Shown here in pieces: positions 39,928-51,308 of a stretch of DNA of 64,000 nt. Location of the stretch: assembly GCA_963760795.1 (NCBI GenBank), contig CAVXEP010000001.1:168818-232817 (forward strand), given 5' to 3'. Numbering within the stretch: the stretch's first letter is position 1; each line of letters starts with the position of its first letter. The translations under genes were made by a program, and so were the position numbers. This DNA comes from an uncultured delta proteobacterium. Lineage in GTDB: Bacteria; Desulfobacterota; Binatia; UBA9968. A model generated the notes under the pieces. The model saw only the letters and a list, made by a program, of their open reading frames with translations. It searched no databases and was not told the DNA's origin.

Positions 39928-40872
39928 ATGACTTTGGCTGCGATTCTACTCTTATGGTCATCGCCATGTTGGTTGTTCCATCCGTCGTCCTTTAGCCAGG
40001 GGTTGGAGAAGATTCGCATCGTCTATGCCAGCCGCGGGCTGCCGTTTTTCAGCGCGTTCGTCGCCAAGGAGATGAAGTTTTATCAAAAGCATGGGCTGGA
40101 GGTGGAGTTGATCCAGATGGCGCCGCGCATTGCCATAACGGCGTTGGCGACCAGCCAGGTCGACTATTCGCTCAACATCGGTTCGACCATGCGGGCGGCG
40201 ATGCGCGGCGCGCCGGTGCGGGCGGTGGCGTCGAGCACGGTGGCGCCATTTTTCGCCTTGGTCACCAAGGAGCCCAATATCGCCGCGCTCAAGGGTAAAA
40301 TCCTCGGCGTGTCGGACTTCGGCGGCACCAATTACCAAGTCACCCGGATGGTTTTGACACACTACGGTCTGGCGCCGCTCAAGGACGTCCAGATATTGTC
40401 CATCGGCGAAGAGAAGGTCATTCTCGACGCCTTGCTCTCGGGCCGAATCCACGGCGCCATGCTGTCGCCGCCCTGGCCCTTCGAAGCGGAGAAACATGGC
40501 TTCAAAATAATTCTCAAAGCATCGGACGTGGTGCAGTTTCCCTTCGCCGGCATCTGTACGTACACGGACAAGATCAAGAACAACCGCGAGCAGATCAAGA
40601 AAGTGATCCGCGCCGAGCTCGACGCGCTTCGCTTCATTCGTGAGCGGCGCCAGGAAAATATCGATATGATCGTCAAGCTGTTCAAGATGGACAAAGAAAT
40701 CGCGCAGAAGTCCTATGACTTCGCGTCGGTATTCTACAGCCGCGACGCGCGTATCCAACCCGAGTCGGCGCGCCGGCTGATCGCATTGGAAAAAGAAAAC
40801 GGCGACATCAAAGGCGATGTCGATGTCGGCCACATCGCCGATCTTTCGCTAGTCGAGGAAGTGCTGCGGTAG
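39928..40872 (+). CDS. NitT/TauT family ABC substrate-binding protein
   Basis: Signal peptide; FYQKHGLEVEL; ALKGKILGVS; DLSLVEEV. Confidence 0.88.
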   Translation: MTLAAILLLWSSPCWLFHPSSFSQGLEKIRIVYASRGLPFFSAFVAKEMKFYQKHGLEVELIQMAPRIAITALATSQVDYSLNIGSTMRAAMRGAPVRAVASSTVAPFFALVTKEPNIAALKGKILGVSDFGGTNYQVTRMVLTHYGLAPLKDVQILSIGEEKVILDALLSGRIHGAMLSPPWPFEAEKHGFKIILKASDVVQFPFAGICTYTDKIKNNREQIKKVIRAELDALRFIRERRQENIDMIVKLFKMDKEIAQKSYDFASVFYSRDARIQPESARRLIALEKENGDIKGDVDVGHIADLSLVEEVLR

Positions 40873-41298
40873 GGCCGGGCGCGAAGTCGACGAAAGATTG
40901 GCCGCAAAGAACGCAAAGTTCGCAAAGTTTGGACTGAACATATTCACGTTACAACGCTCGTAGTTAATGCACTGTTCGATCAACATCGCTCTCACGACGA
41001 AGATTCTAGCGCGGCAAAGCAGCAACCAAATGGGCAACACCTTTCACCACGAAGGACACGAAGAGCACGAAGGTCGGAGTTCAAATTATCCGAATTATCC
41101 GAACCCTTCGCGCTCTTCGCGTGAAACCAAATTTCATCCTTCGGTGTGAGGAAGGGCGTATGCCATACGCCCCTACAAAGAGATCGGAACTTTGCGTACT
41201 CTGCGGTTAATTATTCGTTTCCGAACGGGGCTGCTCGCGACCGGCACTTCCTCTGTGATCTCCGTGCGCTCTGTGGTGTAACATCTTGTCCTCGTTGG

Positions 41299-42582
41299 TT
41301 ATTTCTTCGCCGTGACGCGCCAGACTTTGCCGCCGCTGTCGTCGGCGACCAGCAGCGAGCCGTCGGGCAGGACGGTGACGCCGACCGGCCGGCCGTAGGC
41401 TTCGAACTTGCTCTCGTCGGCGATGAAGCCGGTGAGGATATCTTCGATGGGTCCGGCGGGTTTGCCGTTGGCGAATGGCACGAACGCGACTTTGTAGCCG
41501 ACCATCTTGGAGCGGTTCCACGAGCCGTGCATGCCGATGAAGGCGCCGCCTTGATAGCGTTCGGGAAATGCTTTGCCGTTGTAGAATGCCAAGCCGAGCG
41601 AGGCGGTGTGCGAGCCCAAGGCGTAGTCGGGCTTGATCGCCTTGGCGACCAGATCGGGGCGTTGGCCCTTCTTGCGCGGGTCTTCGATCTGGCCGAAGTA
41701 CGAATAGGGCCAGCCGTAAAACGCGCCGTCTTTGACACTGGTGAGGTAGTCCGGCACGAGATCGTCGCCGAGCAAGTCGCGCTCATTGACGACGGTCCAG
41801 AGAGTCTTGGTTCTGGGTTCCCAATCCATGCCGACGGGATTGCGCAGCCCTCTGGCAAAGATCCGCATGCCGCTGCCGTCGGGATTGATTTCGATAATAC
41901 CCGCGCGCCGTTGATCTTTTTCCCAAGCGTTTTCTTCGTCGACGTTGGATGCCGAGCCGATGGCGACGTAAATTTTCTTGCCTGCCGGATCGGCGCTGAG
42001 CGTGCGCGTGTGATGGCCGCCGGCCGGCAGATCGAGAATCTTTTCGCCTTTGCCGTCGATCTTCGTCTGGCCGGCGCGATAGGGATAGCGAACCACGGCG
42101 TCGGTGTTGCCGACGTAGAACCAATTGCCCAGCAGCAGCATGCCCTCGGGCATGTTCAAACCAGTGAGAAAGGTTTCCCGCAAGTCGGGCTTGCCGTCGT
42201 TGTCAGTGTCGCGGAACAGCGTGATGCGATTGGCCGACTTTTCCGGCCGATCGTCGCGGCCGGGCCACTCGCGAATGCTTTCCACCACGAGAACATCTTT
42301 GTTTGGCAGCACATAGGTCTGACGCGGATTGGCGAGTTTGTCGGCGAACAGGCTGACTTCGAAACCCGGCGCGGCCTTGGGCGTTCTGCCTTGGGGCCAG
42401 CCGATGACTTTTGACTGGTTGCGCGCCGACGGCGTGTCGAACGGCGCGGGCAATTGAAGTTGGTCGGCCGGACCGGTGCCGGCGGCGTAGCGTGGCGATG
42501 GATTGTTCGACATAGTCGCGCAGGAGCACGCCACGGCTAGGCTGGCCGCGAGGGCAATGCGATTTAGATAAGATTTCGACAT
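41299..42582 (-). CDS. L-sorbosone dehydrogenase family / PQQ-dependent sugar dehydrogenase lipoprotein
   Basis: GLRNPVG, VNERD.LGDDLVPDY, YGWPY, HGSWNR, GRPVGV. Confidence 0.9.
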   Translation of the reverse strand: MSKSYLNRIALAASLAVACSCATMSNNPSPRYAAGTGPADQLQLPAPFDTPSARNQSKVIGWPQGRTPKAAPGFEVSLFADKLANPRQTYVLPNKDVLVVESIREWPGRDDRPEKSANRITLFRDTDNDGKPDLRETFLTGLNMPEGMLLLGNWFYVGNTDAVVRYPYRAGQTKIDGKGEKILDLPAGGHHTRTLSADPAGKKIYVAIGSASNVDEENAWEKDQRRAGIIEINPDGSGMRIFARGLRNPVGMDWEPRTKTLWTVVNERDLLGDDLVPDYLTSVKDGAFYGWPYSYFGQIEDPRKKGQRPDLVAKAIKPDYALGSHTASLGLAFYNGKAFPERYQGGAFIGMHGSWNRSKMVGYKVAFVPFANGKPAGPIEDILTGFIADESKFEAYGRPVGVTVLPDGSLLVADDSGGKVWRVTAKK

Positions 42583-42925
42583 GGAAATTGTCCTCCAATG
42601 GTTTTACTTTTCGGCTCACTGCCGGGATCGATGGCGCAACTATATACAAACAACCCGCTGCGCGAAAGTATGAAGTTGAACAACGCTTAGCTCCAAACAG
42701 AGGGGTTGTTAATCTCCCGAGTCGAAGTCGTTTCCCCATCCGTCGGATTCCGGCCAGCAGTGCGGAAGAAGTATCAGACAAAGACTGGATGCCGGCCTGC
42801 GCCGGCATGACGGATCTTCACTTCGCCCAGTGGCGAGTGATATTCAGCCATGCTCGATTGAGACATTGAACGGTTGTGCCGCGGGATTGTCCGTTCTAAG
42901 ATCGCCACGGTTCGAAGGAGGCGGA

Positions 42926-44351
42926 ATGCATTATCGTGATCTGCGCGGATGGTTAGACGGTGTCGATTCGTTTGGCGAGTTGCGGGTGGTGGAGGGCGCC
43001 GACTGGAACCAGGAGATCGGCGCGGTCGCCGAAGTCGCGGCGCAGACCAATCCGCCGCCGGCGGTGTTGTTCGACAAGATCAAAGATTATCCGGCAGGGC
43101 GGCGCGTGCTCACCGGCGTGCACAATCCGACGCTCAAGCGCCAATGCTTGACCAACCATTTGCCGCTGGATTACACGCGCGATCAGTTCATCGACGCCTG
43201 GAAGAAGCGTCTCGACCATCCGACCTTGCTGCCGCCGCGGGTGGTCGATAGCGGGCCGGTGTTGGAAAATGTTTTTGAAGGCAAAGATATTGACCTGTTG
43301 TCCTTGCCGGTGCCGTGGTGGCATGAGGGCGACGGCGGCCGCTACATCGGCTCCATGGACACGACCATCAGCCGCGACCCCGATGAAGGCTGGATCAACG
43401 TCGGCTGTTACCGCGTCATGGTGCACGATAAAGATACGCTGGCGCTCTACATCTCGCCGGGCCATCACGGCCATATTCACCGGCAAAAATATTTCGACAA
43501 GGGCCAGCCGTTTCCGGTGGCGATCAGTTTCGGTCCCGATCCGCTGCTGTGGTTTTTCGGCCAGATGGAAATCCCGGCGGGCGAGTCGGAGTACGACTAC
43601 GCCGGCGGCGTGCGCGGCGAGCCCTATGAAGTGATCCTGGGCAAACACACCGGCCTGCCGATTCCCGCCTATTCGGAAATCGTCATCGAGGGCGAAGTGT
43701 TGCCCGGCACGAGTATTCCCGAAGGACCGTTCGGCGAATTTACCGGTTACTACGCCGGCGGTCTGCGCTCCGAGCCGATGCTCAAAGTAAAGCGGCTCAT
43801 GTACCGCAACGATCCGATCATGACCGGCGCGCCGCCGTTCAAACCGGCGCCGGGGGCGGAAAATAATTTGATCCGCGCCGCTTATATCTGGAACTACCTC
43901 GACAAGGCCGGCGTGCCGGACGTGCGCAGCGTCGCCTATCATCAAACCCGCTTGCTGGTCGCTTTGTCGATCAAGCAACGCTATCCCGGCCATGCCCGCC
44001 AAGCGGCGTTGATCGCCTCGCAATGCCGCGCCGCGGCGCTGCTGACACGCTATGTCATGGTGGTCGACGAGGATATCGATATCTGGGACAGCAACGAACT
44101 CTTGTGGGCGCTATGCACGCGCACCGATCCGGCGAAAGACATCGACATCCTGCGCCGCTGCTGGAGCAATCCCATCGATCCGATCATCCCGCCGAGCGAG
44201 CGCGGCTTCCAGTCGCGCGGCATCATCGACGCCTGCCGGCCCTATGAATGGATCAACGAGTTTCCCCAAAGTCTCGGGCGCGAGCAAGGAGTTGAAAGAC
44301 AAAGTCACGAAGAAATTTGCCGCGAGTCTGGCGGGGAAGAAAGTGATTTAA
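42926..44351 (+). CDS. UbiD family prFMN-dependent (de)carboxylase, apparent +1 frameshift near 44265
   Basis: DGGRY, NVGCYR, EIVIEG, EGPFGEFTGYY, VDEDID, WALCTR. Confidence 0.9.
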
Positions 44352-44534
44352 CCACAAAGGGCACATAGATCACAAAATAGTGAATCGGAATCAGATGATT
44401 GACCGCAAAGTACGCAATGAACGCAAAAAAATTCCAAGAGGAAATCCGACGTAGGGGCGAATCATGATTCGCCCTGGGGGGTGGCAGTGGCGTGGCTCTC
44501 TGGTAACGACATTCGAATTGATGAGAACACATAC

Positions 44535-45545
44535 ATGATTATCGGCGACCGCCATGTAGGGGCGACCGGCGGGTCGCCCTTCCGATGGACAAAAGGCGCA
44601 GCGAAATTGCTGCTGCTGGCACTTCTGCTGGGGATCGCGCCCAAGGTCGGCGCTCAACCAGGAAAGCCGCTGGAGAAAGTCCGCCTCACGGTGCCGGCGA
44701 AGTCCCTGACCTTCGTGCCGTATTATTTCGGCAAGGCGCAGGGGATCTTCGCGCGGGAAGGGATCGACCTTGAGATCATCGTCATGCGCCCGCCTCTGGG
44801 CGTCACGGCGTTACTGGCGGGCGAGCTTGATTATTCCGCGGCCGGCGGCCTGTCGGTGCGCGCCGCGCTGAAGGGCGCGCCGTTGCGCACGATTACATTT
44901 ATTCAAACGCGGTTGAGTTTCAGCCTGATCGGCCAGCCAGGCATGGCTGCGGCGCGGATCAAGAACGTTTCGGTGAGCGGTATCGGTTCCCTCGCCCACT
45001 ACGCCGCGCAGGCGATGATGAAACGCTTGGGCAATGAGAAGGTCGCCTATGTTTCGACCAACACCACGGCCAACAGCTATACGGCGCTGCTCGGCAAAGC
45101 CACCGATGCGGTGATCCTGACGCCGCCGTATACTTCGATGGCGACGTTGGCGGGCTACGCCGATCTCGGCAACACCTACGATCTGCGTGACTTGCAGGGC
45201 GGATTGGTGGCGCGCTTGTCTTCCATTCACGAGCAGCGCGAGCGGGTCAAGGCGGTGATCCGCGCGACCTTGCGCAGCATGGAAGCGATCGTCAAAAACG
45301 ACAATGAAGTGGTGGCCTATTTGCAGAAAGATTTCGGCCTGGAGCCCAGGATCGCCGCGGATACCTCGAAGATCATCAAACAGCTAGTCAATGCCGACGG
45401 CGATCTCGAAGAGCCGGTGCTGAAATCGATCATCGATAAATTGCGCGCGGAATCCGGCATCGCCGCGGAGATTCCGTCGGAGCGGTTGGTGGATATGTCG
45501 CTGTTGCGCGAGGTTAGAGCCGAGTTAAAGAAACGTGCGCCGTAG
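44535..45545 (+). CDS. NitT/TauT family ABC substrate-binding protein
   Basis: GIFAREGIDLE; VDMSLLREV; start uncertain. Confidence 0.85.
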   Translation: MIIGDRHVGATGGSPFRWTKGAAKLLLLALLLGIAPKVGAQPGKPLEKVRLTVPAKSLTFVPYYFGKAQGIFAREGIDLEIIVMRPPLGVTALLAGELDYSAAGGLSVRAALKGAPLRTITFIQTRLSFSLIGQPGMAAARIKNVSVSGIGSLAHYAAQAMMKRLGNEKVAYVSTNTTANSYTALLGKATDAVILTPPYTSMATLAGYADLGNTYDLRDLQGGLVARLSSIHEQRERVKAVIRATLRSMEAIVKNDNEVVAYLQKDFGLEPRIAADTSKIIKQLVNADGDLEEPVLKSIIDKLRAESGIAAEIPSERLVDMSLLREVRAELKKRAP

Positions 45546-45618
45546 CGGGCGCGATCTTGCGTCGGTTCCGGGGCAAAGTTAAGATGTCGGCAAATATAGC
45601 CAGGAGGTTTCCGCTTAA

Positions 45619-46089
45619 ATGAAATGCTTTCTAAGTGCAATGGTGTTGGCATTGGCTTTGTCGATGGTACCGTCGATGGCGCCGGCCATGGATACTGGCG
45701 AACCCCTGGCGAAAAAAGAGAGTGCCAGTATGGTCGCTGGACGTAAGGCGGTGGAGGCGAAAGATTTCAAGTCGGCTGTGGGCCATTTCACCAAAGCTGT
45801 GGACACGGAGCCCAAAAACGCCGACGCCTATAGTATGCTGGGCTACAGTTATCGGAAGACCGGCACCTTCGACAAATCTCTGGAGTTTTATCAGAAGGCC
45901 TTGAAGCTCGACGCCCATCATCGCGGCGCCCGTGAATACCTGGGCGAGCTTTATCTCGACATGAACCAGCCCGACAACGCTGAAAAGCAGCTGGCGGCGT
46001 TGAAAAAAGACTGTTCCTTCCTCAGCAAGTGTGAAGAGTACGACGATCTGAAGAAAGCGGTGGATACCTATAAGGCGAAGAAGAGGTAG
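45619..46089 (+). CDS. Secreted tetratricopeptide repeat protein
   Basis: Signal peptide; PKNADAYSMLGYSYRK; HRGAREYLGELYL. Confidence 0.85.
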   Translation: MKCFLSAMVLALALSMVPSMAPAMDTGEPLAKKESASMVAGRKAVEAKDFKSAVGHFTKAVDTEPKNADAYSMLGYSYRKTGTFDKSLEFYQKALKLDAHHRGAREYLGELYLDMNQPDNAEKQLAALKKDCSFLSKCEEYDDLKKAVDTYKAKKR

Positions 46090-46155
46090 CGAAGAAGACA
46101 GAGACGACAGACAGAGAAAGACAAGAGTTTTCTGCCCAACTTAAATGGAGGTTCT

Positions 46156-46624
46156 ATGAAGTATTGGTTTCGTTGCATGGTTGTCGCGGTCGGGTTCTTG
46201 GCATGGCAGTCGGTTGCGTTTGCCGATCTGCCCGATCCGAAAGGGAAAACGGAAAATCCCAACGTCGTGGCTGGCGCGCAAAGCCATCGATGCGAAGGAT
46301 TACAAAGGCGCGGTGGGACACTTGACCAAGGCGGTTCAGGAGCTGCCCAACGACGCCGACGCGCACAGCATGCTCGGCTACGCCTACCGCAAGACCAACG
46401 TCTTCGACAAATCCATGGAGCATTATCAACGGGCGCTCAAGCTCGACTCGAATCATCGTTCCGCGCATGAATACTTGGGCGAACTTTACCTCGACATGAA
46501 TCAGCCGGATAACGCCGAGAAGCAGTTGGCGGCGTTGAAAAAAGCCTGCCCGTTCATCGGCAAGTGCGAAGAGTTCGAGGATTTGAAGAAGGCCATCGAT
46601 GCCTATAAGGCGAAGAAGAAATAG
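46156..46624 (+). CDS. Secreted TPR protein, tandem paralog, apparent +1 frameshift near 46272
   Basis: Identical EYLGELYLDMNQPDNAEKQLAALKK block shared with the upstream gene. Confidence 0.8.
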
Positions 46625-46701
46625 GCGGGTCGAGGATCGTCAAATGCTGGTCGAGGATGGAAGATTGAGGATGGAGGATCGAGGATCGCTTGGAGGATAA
46701 G

Positions 46702-47424
46702 ATGGCTGAAAACGTAAAAGCGCGTATCGGTTTCGTCAGCGGCGGGTCGAGCTCCATGCCGCACTACAATAGTTTCCTGCCCATCGTGCCAAAGGAGTTC
46801 GAGATCGACTTCCAGGGTCTCCAGCTTTACGGCAAGTCGCTGTACGAGATCTCCGACAAGAAGGAAGTCATTCTGCGGCGAGTGAAAGAGTTCATCGCCG
46901 AACGCAAATGGGACGGTCTGATTCTCACTGCCGCCCCGACGGAAGTTCTCAATCCGGGATTGTTCGATGATTTGAAAGCGGCCGTTTCGATCCCTTTCAC
47001 CACGGCGCTGAATGCTTGCGTCGCGGCGCTACGAGTTTACTCCGCGCCCAAAGTACTTCTGCTCACGCCCTTCGATGCAAAGTTGAATGACCTGATCGTC
47101 GCCCATCTCGCCAAAGCAGGCGTGACCGCGTTGTCACCCAATTCTTTCGACGAACTCGCCGTGCCCAAACGCATGACGCCGGACGAAGTCTTCGATCTCA
47201 CCAAGAAAAACTTGGCCGCCGTCGGCAAAGTCGACGCGATCTATTTTCAAGGCGCGGTGCTCGATCCGGTCAAGTGTCTTGAACGCATCGAGTCCGAGCT
47301 TAACGCCACCGTCATCGCCAGCAATCCGGCGATGTTTTGGTATGTGCTGTCGAAGTTAAAACTTTCATACCCGATGACTGGCTTTGGCCGGTTATTGCGC
47401 GAGTGGCCGGCGTTGAACGCGTGA
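46702..47424 (+). CDS. Maleate isomerase / arylmalonate decarboxylase / Asp-Glu racemase superfamily protein
   Basis: IPFTTA, LLLTPF, DAIYF, IESEL..VIASNPA.FW, GFGRLL. Confidence 0.75.
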   Translation: MAENVKARIGFVSGGSSSMPHYNSFLPIVPKEFEIDFQGLQLYGKSLYEISDKKEVILRRVKEFIAERKWDGLILTAAPTEVLNPGLFDDLKAAVSIPFTTALNACVAALRVYSAPKVLLLTPFDAKLNDLIVAHLAKAGVTALSPNSFDELAVPKRMTPDEVFDLTKKNLAAVGKVDAIYFQGAVLDPVKCLERIESELNATVIASNPAMFWYVLSKLKLSYPMTGFGRLLREWPALNA

Positions 47425-47460
47425 ACGATTGGAGTTTCAGGGTCTTTCGACTCGAAGTAC

Positions 47461-48408
47461 TTGCCCGTCGGAACGAACCTTTCTGCCTGCTTCGTCGCTA
47501 AACTGGCCAGTCGCTTAGATGAAATCGTGCGAACATCTGAAAACGAAGTTAAAAGGTTTCCCGACTCCTTTATTCCGTCTATGACCAGTGGATATGATCA
47601 AGTATTCGGCTTCCGTGCGGCGATCGAACGCAACCGTCAGACATTCATATTGCAGCACGCGTTTGCCCTTCATGCCTTTTTTGTCCTGTGTGAACGCTTC
47701 GACCGCGCCGGTCGGCGGCTCCAGACAGGACGCAATAAGAATGGTAAGAGTCTGATAAGCTTGGCTCCGTTCCTTCTGCTGGCGCAACGGCAGTCAATAA
47801 ATGGATTTGAAGAATTCTCGACTTTTCGGTCCTACGATGGATGGATGTTGCTTCGACCAGCGGTCGAAGCGGGCCTGATCATGGGTAAGTGGGTTGATAA
47901 TCCAGAAAACGCTGCCATTTGGAGCGCCCGAGTTACAAGGCGAACAGAATACATCAAGACGTTTACCGGCAAAGGCTTGATTTCCGAACACTTGCCGCGC
48001 GCTTCTGAAATCAAGAGCGTTCTCGACCGCCTCAATGATGAGTTCGTCCATGCAAACGAACCTTATTACCACCGGCACACCCGTGTGGAGGAGGCAGGGC
48101 CAGACCAAGTGAGTTTGCGAGTTGACTACTTCGACAACGACAGCGACGCGGAATCGCATACGGTTGCGTTCCTTCACCTGATTGCCGTGCTAATCGACTC
48201 TGTAGACGCTATGCTTGCGCGAGTTCTTTCGACTACTGGACCCCATGTGCCGTGTGCGCCGACGCTCCGCGACAGGTTGGTGGAGCGCGCGGCACGCCTG
48301 CGTGCACGCGCACCTCAGCATGACGCCGTACTCACTCAGCTCGGATTGTGGCCTGCGGAGTCGTCAGAATCCGGCAAGGACCCCAGCGGTCTAACAAGGC
48401 GCTCATAG
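47461..48408 (+). CDS. Hypothetical protein (lower GC, possibly cassette-derived)
   Basis: 315-aa ORF; LLRPAVEA and EFVHAN segments; no family recognised. Confidence 0.6.
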   Translation: MPVGTNLSACFVAKLASRLDEIVRTSENEVKRFPDSFIPSMTSGYDQVFGFRAAIERNRQTFILQHAFALHAFFVLCERFDRAGRRLQTGRNKNGKSLISLAPFLLLAQRQSINGFEEFSTFRSYDGWMLLRPAVEAGLIMGKWVDNPENAAIWSARVTRRTEYIKTFTGKGLISEHLPRASEIKSVLDRLNDEFVHANEPYYHRHTRVEEAGPDQVSLRVDYFDNDSDAESHTVAFLHLIAVLIDSVDAMLARVLSTTGPHVPCAPTLRDRLVERAARLRARAPQHDAVLTQLGLWPAESSESGKDPSGLTRRS

Positions 48409-48436
48409 CGTGTATGCATTTGTTGGGAGAACGGAA

Positions 48437-48820
48437 ATGCCGAGCAAGTTGAAATCGTTGACTACCACTAAGATTTCTCGCCGTAACATGCCATCACAGC
48501 GTCAGATCGCGCGTCGATTGCCTACTGACAGGCCACCGACACATCCAGGTGAAATGTTGTTGCAGGAGTTTCTCAAGCCATTGGGGATTAGCCAGTCTGC
48601 GTTTGCGGCCCGGCTGGGTATATCGTTTCCGCGCTTAAACTAGATTATCCGAGCAAGACGTGGTGTAACGCCAGACACCGCGCTCCGGCTGGCGCAAGCT
48701 CTAGGCATGTCTGCTGACTTTTGGCTTGGCCTGCAGCAGGATTGGGAATTGTGGCACACCTTGCGGAGCACGAAAGCCGCGGCAATCGCGCGGCTGGAAC
48801 CATTGCGTCATGAGGGCTGA
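48437..48820 (+). pseudogene. HigA family antitoxin interrupted by an in-frame TAG at 48641
   Basis: PTHPGEMLLQEFLKPLG...PRLN*IIRARRGVTPDTALRLAQALGMSADFWLGLQ. Confidence 0.85.
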
Positions 48821-48952
48821 GACACTCACCCCATCATGCCCGTCAACGCTGGCAGCAAGAGGCACAGTTCCTTCTTTGCGCCACTTTTTGATGTCGCCCA
48901 TGTCAAATTTTTGCGCGCATGAAGTAATGATTCAAAGTTGGTGGACGGATAA

Positions 48953-49481
<529 letters not shown>

Positions 49482-49813
49482 CCAACCGTTTTGTTCAGCC
49501 AATCCGTCACGATCTTCGAAACTTTATCCTCCGCGCCGACACATAAAAGTGATCGCAGTTGGGAATGATCGCGACTTCGCAGGGCAGGGCAATTTTTCGC
49601 GAACTCTTCAGCGGAGTAGTTTTCTTTGGGCTCTTGGTCGCCGCGGATGGTGAGCACTGGGCAGGAAGCCTCGTGGTAGAAGTCGGCCGTCGTAAATGGT
49701 TCTAAGTTGTCTCACACACTGCTCAGTATATTCACAAGGTAGCCGTTTCTCGGAGTCCTCAGATGTCAAGTGTATTTCTCAGCCATAACCACCGAGACAA
49801 AGAATTCCTCAGG

Positions 49814-51163
49814 TCAACGCTGCTGCTTGATCGTCTCGCCCACCTGGCGCTGTAGTGCTCGCAACGCGTCGCTGTAGTCGACCGGATAAACGGCCGGGTT
49901 GCGGACCGCTTTGATTGACCCGTCGAGCCGTTGAAATTCGTCGAGGAATCTTTGCCGCGAGGTCGCCAGCGGTGGCGATTTAATGGCGCGGCCATTGGCC
50001 ATGACGTTTTCAAGCAGCGGCTCGCTGTCGGCAAGTTTTTCTTCGCGTAAGCCTAGCGTGTCTATACGCAACCCTTGGCGCTCGTCCAACTGGCGAAATA
50101 CTTGTTTCTTTCCCGGCCAGGAAATTTTTCCAGTGCTGAGTTTCTGCACTGGCCGGCCGGCATATTCGACCAGCTTGTACGACATGTCGGTCCACGGCGC
50201 GTCGGCCGAGGTGCCCATTTTAGTGCCGACGCCGTAGCTGTCGAAAGGAACGTGGGCGATCGAATAATCGTCGAGGTCGTATTCGTCCAGGCCGCCGCTG
50301 CCGAAGATTTTTACCTGCGGAAGCCCCGATTCGTTGAGAATCTCGCGCACGGCGTGGGCCTGTGCCGGCAGGTCGCCGCTGTCGATGCGTACGCCGATGA
50401 GCTTTTCGCCGCGCTCGGCCATTTCTTTGCCGACGGTGGCTGCGTTGTGCGCCCCGGCGAGGGTATCGTAGGTGTCGATCAACAGGATCGTCGCGTGCGG
50501 AAAGCTCGCGGCGTAGGCGCGGAAGGCGGCGATCTCGCGCTCGAAGCTCATGACAAACGAGTGCGCCATGGTGCCGACGATGGGCACGCCGTAGTTTTTC
50601 CCGGCCATGACGTTACTGGTGCCGGCGAAGCCGGCGAGGTAACTGGCGCGCGCTACTTTCATGCCGGCGTCGCTGCCATGGGTGCGGCGCAGGGCGAAGT
50701 CGACTACCGGCCGGCTGCCTGCGGCATGAACGCAACGGGCGGCTTTGGTTGCGATCATGCTTTGCAGATGAACTTGATTGATGATGAAGGTCTCGGCGAT
50801 TTGCCCCTGGATCACCGGCGCAGTGACTTCGAGCACCGGTTCGTCCTTAAAAAAAATCCGCCCTTCGGGAATCGCCCAAACCTCCCCGGCGAATTTGAGA
50901 TCTGCCAAATAATGGAGAAAGTCATCGGTGAACAGTTTCTGTGCCGCTAGATAGTCGAGAGCCGCGTTGTCGAAGGAAAATTTTTCCAGGTAATCGAGCA
51001 CATCCTGAAGCCCGGCCGAGACGAAGTAGCCGCGGTTGGGCGGATAGCTGCGGATGAATAGGCTAAACGTCGCTTCCGCGAGTCGTTGCTCGCGGAAATA
51101 GCCTTGGGCCATTGTCAGCTGATAGAGGTCGGTGAGCAGTGTGTGATTTTCCTGGCTGGTCAT
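49814..51163 (-). CDS. pncB: Nicotinate phosphoribosyltransferase
   Basis: LLTDLYQLTM, DFALRR, GTMAHS, LIDTYDT, VRIDSGD, GVGT. Confidence 0.92.
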   Translation of the reverse strand: MTSQENHTLLTDLYQLTMAQGYFREQRLAEATFSLFIRSYPPNRGYFVSAGLQDVLDYLEKFSFDNAALDYLAAQKLFTDDFLHYLADLKFAGEVWAIPEGRIFFKDEPVLEVTAPVIQGQIAETFIINQVHLQSMIATKAARCVHAAGSRPVVDFALRRTHGSDAGMKVARASYLAGFAGTSNVMAGKNYGVPIVGTMAHSFVMSFEREIAAFRAYAASFPHATILLIDTYDTLAGAHNAATVGKEMAERGEKLIGVRIDSGDLPAQAHAVREILNESGLPQVKIFGSGGLDEYDLDDYSIAHVPFDSYGVGTKMGTSADAPWTDMSYKLVEYAGRPVQKLSTGKISWPGKKQVFRQLDERQGLRIDTLGLREEKLADSEPLLENVMANGRAIKSPPLATSRQRFLDEFQRLDGSIKAVRNPAVYPVDYSDALRALQRQVGETIKQQR

Positions 51164-51308
51164 GGAATTGCTTTGGAGGGCGGTCGCTAGGCCAGTCAAT
51201 AGCGGTTTCGGGCAATCCTGGCAAGCCCATCCGGTTGATTTGTCGGAACCGTTTTGTTAAGAATTTTGTAAAGCTTACGCGTAATTACATCCCAACAGGA
51301 GGGCATCG

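Noticed and set aside
38570-48643. Two in-frame TAG codons (SBP codon 3, HigA) suggesting amber recoding
   Set aside because: Many intact genes here end in TAG and there is no pyl or suppressor evidence; point mutation or error is simpler
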